64,000 bases of DNA from Mobula birostris. Taxonomy: Eukaryota. Made by a program: the position numbers and the translations under genes. Shown here one piece after another: positions 37,267 through 49,783 of this stretch. Each line of letters begins with the position of its first letter. The first letter of the stretch is position 1. The notes under the pieces were generated by a model. The model had not been told where the DNA came from and did not search any database. It saw only the letters and a program-made list of their open reading frames with translations. The stretch is taken from positions 65,986,057 to 66,050,056 of the forward strand of contig NC_092371.1 in assembly GCF_030028105.1 (NCBI RefSeq), written 5' to 3'.

Positions 37267-40200
37267 AGAGGGAAGGGGCAGAGGCCCTTTTTTGTGTACA
37301 TAACACCAGGCGACTCACAGGTGAAGTATCGCTCACCTGGAAGGACTGTCTGGGGCCCTGAATGGTGGTGAGGGAGGAAGGGTAAGGGCATGTGTAGCAT
37401 TTGTTCCGCTTACAAGGATAAGTGCTGGGAGGGAGGTCGGTGGGAAGGGATGGGAGGGGAACAAATGGACAAGGGAGTCGTGTAGGGAGCGATCCCTGCG
37501 GAAAGCAGAAGTGGGGGGAGGAGGGAAAGATGTGCTTCGTGGTGTGATCCCGTTGGAGGTGGCAGAAGTTACGGAGAATTATATGCTGGACCCAGAGGCT
37601 GGTGGGGTGGTAGGTAAGGACAAGGGGAACCCTATTCCTAGTGGGGTGACGGGAGGATGGAGTGAGAACAGATGTGCGTGAAATGGGAGAGATGCGTTTG
37701 AGAGCAGAGTTGATGGTGGAGGAAGGGAAGCCTCTTTCTTTAAAAAAGACATCTCCTTCGTCCTGGAATGAAAAGCCTCATCCTGAGAGCAGATGCAGTG
37801 GAGAAGGAGGAATTGCGAGAAGGGGATGGCATTTTTGCAAGAGACAGGGTGGGAAGAGGAATAGTCCAGGTAGCTGTGAGAGTCCATAGGCTTATAGTAG
37901 ACATCAGTAGATACGCTGTCTCCAGAGACAGAGACAGAAAGATCAAGAAAGGGGAGGGAGGTGTCGGGAATGGACCAGGTAAACTTGAGGTCAGGGTGAA
38001 AGTTGGAGGCATAGTTAATGAAGTCAACAAGCTCAGCATGCGTGCAGGAAGCAGCACCAATGCAGTCGTCAATGTAGCGAAGGAAAAGAGGGGGACAGAT
38101 ATCAGAATAGGCACGGAACATAGATTGTTCCACAAAGTCAACGAAAAGGCAGGCATAGCTGGGACCCATACGGGTGCCCATGGCTACACCTTTAGTTTGG
38201 AGGAAGTGGGAGGAGCCAAAGGAGAAATTATTAAGAGTAAGGACTAATTCCGCTAGACGGAGGAGAGTGGTGTTAGAGGGGAACTGGTTAGGTCTGGAAT
38301 TCAAAAAGAAGTGGAGAGCTTTGAGTCCTTCCTGGTGGGGGATGGAGGTATATAGGGACTGAACATCCATGGTGAAAATAAAGCGGTGGGGGCCAGGGAA
38401 CTTAAAATTATTGAAAAGATTCAAAGCGTGAGAAGTGTCACAAAAATAGGTGGGAAGGGATTGAACGGGGGGGGGGTGATAAAACAGTGTCAAGGTATGC
38501 AGAAATAAGTTCGGTGGGTAGGAGCAAGCTGAGACAACGGGTCTACCTGGACAGGCAGGTTTGTGGATCTAGGGTAGTGTCCTTGATTTAACCCTGAAAC
38601 AACCTGGAGCAAAGGAGAAATATTTTAAATGTGAAATATTTCTCAGCTACAACTTTTGGATTTACTTTCAAAGAAATAGATTGCCCATGAGTCATACCAA
38701 AGAATTTGCAATAAAATCAACAGTCATAATGAGAGCATTGGGTATACATAGGTATACATTGGGTATAAATAATTCTTCTTTTGGGCCCAGACAGAGAAGA
38801 GGTCTTGAGGCAATCAAGAAAAGCCTGGTTAGGGCAGAAATATAGCTGAAGCTAATAAAGTGCTGATAATCAAAGAAGAGTTTGTCTGGAAACGCATATG
38901 CACCAGGTATGGTGGCACTTCAAACGGACGGAAGAACTTCTGCCCTTTCTAGCCCGAATCTGCAATTTTAACTTGGCAGAATCAACATCTTTCCTGTTGC
39001 TATGTTAATGCAATCAAAGTCAATTCAGCTGCCTGAAAGCTTTAGAAAATTGCTCATTTGAAAGGCTGGACAGAAATATTCAATTTGCTTGCCTCTCAAC
39101 ACTTATACTGGAACCACTCATAAAATGGAAAATGGTTTCTTGCACTTCAAATCAGAATTATCAGCTGGGCTTAGAACAGGTAGTAATTCTTGCACTTTAA
39201 AGACTCTGGGACTGTTAGTTGGTTGAGGCTCTTCATTTAGTGGTGTGAGGAAGCTGCAGAACTCCAGTCCAAAGATTTCAGATAGGAGAACGATCAATCC
39301 AGTATACTGTATGTGCCCTGATAATTGCATTTCAATTGCACAGTGAATGCTTGATTGAATTGGTTCTTGAAGCTAACTTCTTCAATCAAACAGCTTCCAC
39401 TCGGTTTTTCTTTCGTTAATGACATCTTCTGAGGCAGAATCCTGAGAGGTTATTTGCCAAAAGAAATATATTGTACAAATAGTGTAGCAAAACTGGAAAA
39501 AGTTAAAAAAAAAACCTTTCTTTCTTTCTGAAGGATATTCTTATATCCTGTAGCAAATGAAAATAAGTTTAAAACTGCAAGGGCTGGGAAACAGAAAATG
39601 CTCGAAACACTCAGGCTCGATTTCAGAATGTTGCTGGGGGAAAGAAAAGTGGATTTGATCATTTGGGGATGGAATTGTTCGTAAAGGTCCAGATAATGGT
39701 TTTGATTTTCTTAGTAAGTAGCTGGAAGTATCTGTTCAAAAGTGCACCAGATAACTCATCTACCGATTTAGAGACAGTGCAAAGGTCACGAGACCAGGTG
39801 ATGATACAGAATCAAGTTTGGAGTATATGGCATGCATGAAGGTTTCAGCAGAACAACAGCCGGCCAGGGACAGCATCAAATAACATTGTGGAACTGGAAC
39901 TGGACAGTCTTAGAGCTGTGGGGAGATCCAGAACCATCTATCAGCCTCAGATATGGTTCTAGGTTGCAAAAGGTCTGGTTAAGCTTCAGACAGTTGTTGA
40001 GGAGATTTAATGGTAGGGCACTTGTCTAATATCAAATGTCAGGCAAATGACAAATGTAAGGACAGAGGTGGTGGGAGTTGGGGGAGATCCAGACAGGGGA
40101 TGTAGGATGTAAATGTAAATCATTACATGGTGCTTTAAATGATGTTACAACTAAGAGGAAGGGGGAGCTAGAATTGGATTCTGGGGACCACCAGAGGTAA

Positions 40201-40379
40201 AGGCATAAGAAGTGTCTGGATAGATAGGAAGGCAATCAACCAATGGGACTCTACACCAAATGGGCAAGATCTTTATCAGCAGTGTTTTCAGTTGCCAATT
40301 CCTCCTTTAAATTCTTTGTCTCCTTTTTAAAATTCATTGAAATGCACTCTACAGATAAGTTTTTGAGCATCTGGTCTAA

Positions 40380-40797
40380 TTAAGACATAAGATATTGAAG
40401 CAGAATTTGGCCATTCATCCCATTGAGTCTGCTTTGTATCCAGCTAATATCCCTTTCAACTCCAATCTCTTGTCTTTTCCCCATAACCTTTGACACCATT
40501 ATTAAACAAGAACCTATCAATCTCTATTTTAAATGTATCCCATGCCGTGGCCTCTACAGCCAACTGTAGCAATGAATTCCACAAATTCACCACCTTCTGT
40601 CCAAAGAAATTCCTCCTCATCTCTGTTCTAAAGGGACGCCCTTGTATTCTGAAGTTGTGCCCTCTGGTCCTAGCCTCCCCCACTACATGAAACATCTTCT
40701 CCACATCTACTCTCTCTTGCCTTTTCAATGTTCGAAAGGTTTTAGTGAGATCTCCCCTCAGTCTTCTAAACTCCTGTGAGTACAAGCCCAGAGCCAA
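40380..40797 (-). mobile_element. CR1 3' fragment
   Basis: ALGLYSQEFRRLRGDL...RTRGH...VNLWNSL...FKIEIDRFL. Confidence 0.85.
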
Positions 40798-42579
40798 TGT
40801 TAATTAAAATAAAACTTCCCAGTTCTCTCCATGGTCTCCACTTTCTCTAATCTTTGCTAACTCTAAAACCTCAGACATAATTTCTTCACCATTACCAGCT
40901 GTGTTTTCAGTTACCAAAGTCCCAGAAGTCTGGAAATTCCACCCTCAAACTTGCTGCCTCCCTTTTAAGAATCATTGAAATGTGTTCTACAGACACTTAT
41001 AACTCTAAACATATTTGTTTTCTTTGTTAACTCTCCTATTAAGCATCTTGTGATGTTTTTTCATTGCATATAAATACAATTTGTTGTGATTCAAGATGCT
41101 ATAAATGTTTTCAACATTTTGTTCCTTGCTTTTTTAAAACAAAATCTATTTTTTAAAATGGTAGAAATAATTTTAAAGAATCTGCTTCTATTGACTTTTG
41201 ACTTGCTAGAACTTTTGGAAAGTGGACAAGGAATTGCTACAGTAAATGAGAACATTAATTGCATGTTCATGGTGAGTGTGACAGAAGGTTCTCCAGCCAG
41301 AAACATGTTGAGAAAGTGTTGCACATTGAAATCTTTTGTTTAAATCAACACTACAGAAATGTTTTCAGTCAGGGAAAACAGTTCGAATGTTTCTGCAGAA
41401 CCTTTCACATCGGATTCAGATGAACTGTGGAAGTGGAGGGAAAAGTGGACTCTGGAAAGTTAAATCAATTAGAAGGAGGGAAAATCATCGAACATTAATA
41501 GAATACTGATCAGTGGAAGAGAATGCTGGTGAATGGTAAGCATGTGCTGTGGGCTTTATAGCTATTGCAACATTGCAATAAAAATCAAAAGACTGCAGAA
41601 ACTGGAAATTATAACTAAAAACAAAAAAATGTAAGTTCTCAGCAAGTCAGGCAGCATCTGTAGAGAGAAAAACACATAACTTATCAGGATGAAGATCCTT
41701 CATTAGAGGAATTAATAATAAAATAACAGTTTTAAATTGCAGAGATTAGGGAGAGATGGATCATCAAAGGGAATGCATAATAATGTATCTGTTGGAAATC
41801 TAACATTAAAAAAAACATCAAATGCTGAAAACTACTGAAAATAAATGCTAAAAAGAAAGTGGACATTGCAAAATGCTGAGCTGGAAGACATGCCCAGCAC
41901 GTCAGGTTAGAGATATCCTCCACTCCCAGAGGGAAACATAAATGGGTAACAAAAAAAAAAGCTGAGCTAATATTAGAGATGGATGTCTGATCCAGAGAAT
42001 CAAGTTACCCGAAGTTGCAGAATTCAATATAAGGCTGAGAAATCAAGTTATCTGAAGCTGTAGCTATAGTATTGAGTCCAGAGGTCTGTGACATGCCCAG
42101 ATAGAAAATGAGCTGCTGTTCCTCCTGCGTGTGTTCTGAAAGTACAAGTGGCAGCAGTGGTTTGGGTTACAGAATTGAAAGAGAAGGCAATGGGAAACTC
42201 AGGATCACCCCTGCAGACCGAACGCGGGTATTCCACAAAGCGATTCCCCGTTCCACGTTTGGTTTCTGCAGGGTACAGGAGATCACAAAGTGAAGGTTGA
42301 ATGCAGGATTCCGCAACAGAAGGGGTGCAGCTTTGTCCAGTTGGTCGAGGTCAGGGCTACAATGGTGCTAAAATGTTGACGCAGCTATGTGGTTGATAGT
42401 GTAATGAAAGCAATTAGAGAGAGAGAGTACAAGCAAAGAAACATGAAAAGCTGCACATTGCATGGCTGTTGGAAATAGGCATATACTGAAGAGAGAAAAC
42501 CTGAGTTCCCATGACAGTCTGCTATAGGTTGTTCGTCTATAGGGCAGGATTTCAGAGCCAGGTTTTTCCCCCAAAACTA

Positions 42580-43040
42580 CACTCAATAGCCACTTTATTG
42601 GGAACACCAAAACTTTAAAGCAAATATCTAATCAGCAACTCAATGCATAAAAGCACGAAGACATTGTCAAACACTTCAGTTGTTGTTTAGACCAAACATC
42701 AGAATGGTGAAAAAATGTGATCTAACTGACTTTGACAGCAGAATGTTTGTTGGTGCCAGACAAGGTGGTTTGAGTATCTCAGAAACTGCTGATCTCTAGA
42801 GATTTTCATGCACAATTGTCTTTAAAGTTTACGGAGAATGGCGCGAAGAACAAAAAAAAATCCAGTGAGTGGCAGTTCTGCGGGTGAAGATGCCTTGTTA
42901 ATGAGAGTGTTCAGAGGAGAATGGTCCACTGGTTCAAGCTGATAGGGAGGCGATAGTAATTTAAATGACTACAGAGCACAACAGCTGTGTGCAGAAGAGC
43001 ATCTCTGAATGCACAACGTATCAAACCTTCAAGTGATGGC
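42580..43040 (+). mobile_element. Tc1/mariner-derived remnant
   Basis: TIR-like cactcaatagccactttattggga after TA; internal sequence homologous to 59269-60102. Confidence 0.7.
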
Positions 43041-44049
43041 ACAACAACCAGTGAATGGTTCTACTGAGATCCAGGTGCGTGAAGTATCTGATAGGGAAGA
43101 CCACTCACACCGGCAGCTAAGAAAGGTCTTGCTGCTTGTTTGAAAATTCAAGTGATGTTATGTTCTTCTAACTGTACTTACCAGTAAAGTCAGTGAACCT
43201 GTACTCTACTTACCAGTCCACTCTGTTGAAACAACTAGGATCTCCCCGTGGCCACTGACTTCCCATTTCCATACAGACATGTCTGTCCATGGCCTCCTCT
43301 ACTGCCGCAATGAGATGAAACTCAGGGTGAAGAAACAACACCTTGTTGGCCATGGCGGATTTGAAATATGGAAGAAAATGTCGAACTTGAATGGGTCAAG
43401 GACAGTGGAAGCAGACATATCAATTGTCTTTACTCCTGCCATGTGCTTGGAGATGGGAGCTGCTATTTTGTGGAGCTGTTTTACATCCTCCATTTTGTGA
43501 GATGAAATTGCTTTGTTTTCTGTGCTTTAAAGTAAAAACAATGATGTTTCAGGTAATCTGTTGGAATAGAGATAATTTCCGAATAAGAAGTTATTTGTGA
43601 GATGGTCTTTGGTTGGCTATAACATGCAGGTTTTTGACTGTTGGAGTTAATATTTGATTTGTGTGTATCAAGCATGTTGGTGATTGAGAACAAAGAGACA
43701 TAAATTACCAGTGGTCACATGCAGCAGCGAAGAGGGCATTAAAGGATGTTGGCCTGGAGCAGAGTCAATAAAAAGGTGTTTAAGGTCAGACGCATGACCT
43801 CCAGCCAATGACACTGGAATTCAACTTTTGAACTGATAAGAAATGAATATAAAAGTGGACATTATCAATTGCACTATTGGTGATAACTCATCGCAAGGAA
43901 GAAACCCCACGCCAGGGGCTGGGAGAAGAAAAGATTGATTATCCGGCCTTTGGAGATCCCCTATTTCGGTGTTATAAATTGGAAAAGTTGTCTGAGTGAG
44001 CATTGATACAGAGTGAACAGTAGAATTCATGTTTTAACTTGTTGGCCTG

Positions 44050-47000
44050 TTTTTTTTTTGGATGGGGACTACAGAGCGTCGTGGGAGCTGAATTCTGAAG
44101 GAAGGCAGTTTTTTAAAAAACTTCTTCGAGTGCAAGAAGGGTGAGACTGCGCAGGCGCGTAACGTCAACAGGACTACGCAGAGAATTTAAAGAGGAGACC
44201 ACCCTATACAGCGGGCAGTGGAGTGAGTGGGAGCAGAGTGTAGGGCTTTGGCTTCAACGGGCTTCGGCGGTAAACGGGAAGAGGCGAGAGCGAAGCGCCA
44301 ACTCTTTTTTTTTCCCCCCCACATCCCCTTTCGCGAATCGGCCTGGATAGACAGGAACAGCAGGGCTCTCACAGCTAACAGTACGAGCTAAGGGTTTAAA
44401 AAGTTCGTCTGTTTGGCGAGGTAAGTGGGTGAGCAGACTTATTCCTGTTTCATTCCTGTAGAATTAGATAGCATGCCTGCAGGGTTAGTGCTTTGTTCAG
44501 GGTGTCAGATGTGGGAATCCTGGGAGACCTCCAGCCTCCCTGATGGCCACATCTGTGCAAGGTGCACCGAGATGCAGCTCCTCAGAGACCGTGTTAGGGA
44601 TCTGGAGCTGCAGCTTGATGACCTACTGCTTATCAGGGAAAGTGAAGAGGTGATAGACAGGAGCTACAGGGAGGTAGTCATCCCTAGGCTACAGGAGTCA
44701 GTAGTCATCCCTAGGCTACAGGAGTCAGAAAACTGGGTCACTGTCAAGAGAGGGAAGAGAAATGCCCGGATAGTGGAGAGCACCCCTGTGGCTGTCCCCC
44801 TCAGCAACAAGTATCTTGTTCTGGATGCTGTTGAGGGGGATGACCTGACAGGGGACGCCCACGGTGACCGGGTCTCTGGCACTGAGCCTGGCACTGTTGT
44901 GCAGGAGAAAAGGAGGGAGAAGAGAAATGAGTTAGTCGTAGGGGATTCCATAGTCAGGGAATGGACAGGAGATTCTGTGAGCCTGATAGAGATACCTGCA
45001 TGGTGGGTTGCCTCCCAGGTGCCAGGGTACGGGATGTCTCGGATCGGCTCCTGAATATTCTAAAGGGGGAGGGTGAGCAGCCAGTTGTCTTGGTACATGT
45101 TGGTACCAATGACATAGATAGGACAAAGGAGAAGGTCCTGAAGAGAGATTTCCAGGAGTTAGGAAGGAAGCTGAGAAGCAGGACCTCCAGGGTAGTAATC
45201 TCGGGATTGCTACCTGTGCCACGTGCTAGCGAGGGCAAGAATAGTCGGATCAGGCAGATGAATGTGTGGCTGAGAGACTGGTGTAGGGGGCAGGGCTTCA
45301 GATTCTTGGATAATTGGGATCTCTTCTGGGGGAAGTATGACCTGTTCAAAAAGGACAGGTTACACCTGAACCCGAAGGGGACAAATATCCTGGCGGGAAA
45401 GTTTAATAGAGCTGTTAGGGAGGGTTTAAACTAATTTGGCAGGGGGATGGGAACTGGAATGACAGAGCAGAGGAAGGGGAAAACAGAAATAAATCTAAGA
45501 TAGTGAGCAGTAAAGATGTCAGGATAGACAGGCAGGTGATGTGGCAAATTTGTAGCCATTGGGATGAGTTGCAGTGCAATAAAGTTGCAGTGAAATCAAA
45601 GTGAAAAGTATCAAATACTGGTCTTAAGGTGTTGTGCTTAAATGCACGCAGCATAAGGAATAAGGTGGATGATCTTGTCGTACAGCTACAGATTGGCAGG
45701 TATGATATTGTGGCCATCACTGAGACCTGGCTAAAGGAAGCATGTCTCTGGGAGCTGAATATCCAAGGATACATGGTGTACCGAAAGGATAGGAAGGTAG
45801 GCAGAGGGGGAGGCATGGCTTTATTGGTAAGAAATGATATTAAATCATTAGAAAGAGGTGATATAGGATCGGAAGGTGCAGAATCTTTATGGGTTGAGCT
45901 AAGAAATAGCAGGGGTAAAAGGACCCTGATGGCAGTTATTTATAGGCCTCCAGACAGCTGCAGTGATGTGGACTACAAATTACAACTGGAAATAGAAAAG
46001 GCTTGTCAGAAGGGCAGTGTTATGATAATTGTGGGGGACTTTAACATGCGAGTGGATTGGGAAAATCAGGTTGGCACTGGATCTCAAGAGAGAGAATTTG
46101 TAGAATGTCTGCGAGATGGCTTTTTAGAACAGCTTGTTGTTGAGCCCACTAGGGGATCGGCCGTACTGGATTAGGTATTGTGTAATGAACCGGAGGTGAT
46201 TAGAGAGATTGAGGTGAAGGAACTCGTAGGAGGCAGTGATCATAACATGATTGAGTTCACTGTGAAATTTGAAAAAGAAAAGCCAAAATCTGATGTGTCG
46301 GTATTTCAGTGGAGTAAAGGAAATTACAGTGGCATGAGAGAGGAACTGGCCAAAGTTAACTGGAAAGGGACGCTGGCGGGAAAGACAGCAGAGCGGCAGT
46401 GGCTGGAGTTTATGCGAGAAGTGAGGAAGGTGCAAGACAGGTATATTCCAAAAAAGAAGAAATTTTCGAGTGGAAAAAGGATGCAACAGTGGTTGACAAG
46501 AGAAGTCAAAACCAAAGTTAAAGCAAAAGAGAGGGCATACAAGGAAGCAAAAATTAGTGGGAAGACAGAGGATTGGGAAGTTTTTAAAACCTTACGAAAG
46601 GAAACCAAGAAGGTTATTAAAAGGGAAAAGATTAACTATGAAAGGAAGCTAGCAAATAATATCAAAGAGGATACTGAAAGCTTTTTCAAGTATATAAAGA
46701 GTAAAAGACAGGTGAGAGTAGATATAGGACCGATAGTAAACGATGCTGGAGAAATTGTAATGGGAGATAAGGAGGTGGCAGAGGAACTGAAAGAGTATTT
46801 TGCATCAGTCTTCACTGAGGAAGACATCAGCAGGATACCGGACACTCAAGGGCGGCAAGGAAGAGAAGTGTGCGCAGTCACAATTACGACAGAGAAAGTA
46901 CTCAGAAAGCTGAATAGTCTAAAGGTAGATAAATCTCCTGGACCAGATGGAATGCACCCGCGTGTTCTGAAGGAAGTAGCTGTGGAGATTGCGGAGGCAT
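44050..47000 (+). mobile_element. CR1 LINE 5' half: 5'UTR, ORF1 (Zn finger plus SGNH esterase), ORF2 APE endonuclease
   Basis: ORF1 CSGCQMW...CARC...GDSIVR (frameshift) ...HVGTND...D.LHLN. ORF2 CLNARSIRNK...ITETW...YRPP...GDFN...SDH...KSPGPDGMHPRVLKE; one stop at about 46172. Confidence 0.92.
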
Positions 47001-49783
47001 CGAGCAGAAATCGGCAGTGGAGAACAAAGGCAGTGTCAACTACACCAAATGTTCAAAACAATTCAAAAAGCTGTAAAGTCAACTCTCAGCTTAGAGAGGA
47101 GTGATACGTACATTTGGTGCGAGGGCTGATGACAGTGGTGATACAGATTGGGGTAATTTTGCATATGAGGTGACACACTACAATAATGAGGATGATTGGG
47201 GAAGTGGCCAGCCTCCCTATAGATTCTTCCAAGAGGGGGCAGAACCTTCAGCATCCACTGTCCCAGTGGCGCCCGTGGTAACGGAGAGAGTGCAGGAAAC
47301 ACTACAGCCAGGGGCACCGGATGTGACACGGTATTCTACCCCTTTCGATTTGGCCCAGTTGAGTGCTTTAGCTGGGAATGTACCAAAGTGTGGACAGGGA
47401 GATGATCCTCGGGAACTTTTCCAGGGCATTTAGCAGCAGAAGATAATTTGTGATTTAGATGAAGGAGAAGAATGGAAATTAACCCCTCGCTGAGTGATTT
47501 ACAGAAGGCTGTATTAAAAGCTGCAAGGACTAATCGAGGTGACCCGGTGGAGGCTTTGCATAAGTGCAGACAGTGGAAAGGGGATCACCCCTCTGCATCT
47601 GTGACCAGGTTGTGGTCATTTTTCTCGAGTGTTCATGGCCCCACAATGGATAGGTGGGATTTGACTCAGTGACTGAGGACCTTGGTATCACACAGTACTG
47701 AGGAGAGCAAAAGAGTATGTGAAATGTTTGATCCTACTGATCCCACACATACTGAAACATGGGATCGCAGAATGATGACACCAGTATGGGAAGAGGTGGT
47801 AAGGGAGAAAGGGAGAAAGGTACTAAGGAGGATAAGGGAAAACAGGGTTCTAAACTGGCCCCTGTAAGAGAACTAGACATGTACTGTTAGGGTGAAGGGA
47901 GATGAGTTGCCTTTCAGGGTTTGCCACCTAGTAGAGGGGGCAGTCGACCCGGTCAGAATGCTTGCATTCCCTCTACTATGAATACCAGGTACCCATGGAG
48001 ATGATTCAGTTGCAGACACGAAGTTAATTTTTCCAAAGGTTACCCATGATCCGGATGGATTGGGAACGGTCAGGATGTAGCAAAGGCTCCATTGCCCCTG
48101 GAAGGTCAACCACGTTACCCACAATGTAATGTCCAAGGTGCTGATGGAGATTCACGACTGTACCCAGGGTTACCTACGGGAAGTCCAAGTGCACAATGAT
48201 AGTGTCAGGCCTTGGTTATGTGGGTGTGCACTGTGAGGTGGGATGGTGTGCTAGACTCCTTGTGGAGGCTAGGGTAGGAGGCCACCCTATAAAGTTTCTT
48301 TGGGATACAAAAGGCTCTAGAATCACTCTAAACACATTCAATGCACCAATTTGGGAAGTACAAGATACTGGATTTACTGGACGCTCACAAGTCTGGGATT
48401 TGACTACACCCCTGAAAATACAGTTGGGACATCAGTGTATTCCACTCAGTTGTGCTCATTGACTTACCAAATGCTCAAGAACACATTCTGGGAAATGATT
48501 GTATTAGGAAATCAGGTCTGAGTTTTTATCTGATTAATTGTATGATTTGTCAGTTTTATGTTGATAGGGAGAAGGTCCCAATTAACATTCCAGTCAGACG
48601 ATATGAGGATGGAATATGTACTGTTGGGGAGATGTGACTGAAGGCAGAAGATATGACAGATGACTCAGGGGACAGACACATTGTCAGGCAGTATTTGCCA
48701 AATATAAACACTACTGTGGAAGGATGAAAGGAGGGGTGTGTATACAAGGCCCTGATCAGAAACACCTGAAGCAATACAGATTTCCAAAACAAGCAGAGGC
48801 AGATGTTGAGAAAATTATTCAGACTTTGTTAACACAGAGAGTTCTGTGAGAAGTAGTATCAACGAATAATTCACCCATATGGCTAGTTCGAAAATCTGAT
48901 GGAAGTTGGACACTCACCATGGATTACTGGGAATTAAACAAAGTTACCCCTTTAATTGCCTCCACAGCTACAAGTCTAGAGACTATGATTAAGCAGAATA
49001 TTGTGGCAAAGTGGTTCACAGTATTGGGTATAACTAATGGATTTTGGTCTGTAGTATTGAAAAGAGAGTGTCAATATAAATTTGCTTTCACTCGGAAAGG
49101 ACAACCGTATACATGGACAGTTTTGCCACACGGGTTTCATAATTCACCCACCATTTTCCATCGATGAGCTGAAAGCTTTTTCAGCTCCCCAGTGCTTAAT
49201 TCAATATGTAGATGATCTATTGTTACAGACAGAAACCCAGGACGAGCATTATGAGTTACTTTAAGAACTACTGCAATTGTAACAGAAGATGAGTTTGAAG
49301 GTTAATTATAAAAAGGCTCAAGTCATGAAGCAGCGGGTTAGTTACTTGGGAGAGGTCATAACCCCTGGGAGACGAGAGATTGATAAATAGCGTGTGGATG
49401 TAGTGGCAAAACTATCTCTACCCACTGAAGTGAGGGGATTGAGATCATTTCTTGGTTTGGTTTGCAACCGTTTTACATCCTCCATTTTGTGAGATGAAGT
49501 TGCTTGGTCTTCTCTGTTGTAAAGTAGACACAATGATGCTTCAGGTGATCTGCTGGACCAGAGATAATTCCTGAATAAAAAGTTATTTGTGAGATGTTCT
49601 TTGGTTGGATATAACATGCAGGTTTTTGACTGTTGTAGTCAGTAGCTGTTTTCCATGTTGGGAAGAGGGCATTGGTGGATGCTGACCTGGAGCAGAGCCA
49701 ATAAAAAGGTGTTAAAGGTCAGACACATGACCTACAGCCAATGACACTGGAATGCAACTTTTGAATTGATAAGTAATGAATAT

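Larger units (their letters stand above)
35960..38580 (-). mobile_element. Penelope-like element, 5'-truncated: RT, GIY-YIG and hammerhead tail, with two insertions
   Basis: ORF 37579-38493: FTMDVQSLYTSIP...QTKGVAMGTRMGPSYA...RYIDD...LPFLD (PLE RT). CSRCGLLYIG.T GIY-YIG; frameshifted. Confidence 0.92.

Noticed and set aside
44425-45434. Host SGNH esterase gene
   Set aside because: It is frameshifted CR1 ORF1, followed by the ORF2 endonuclease.
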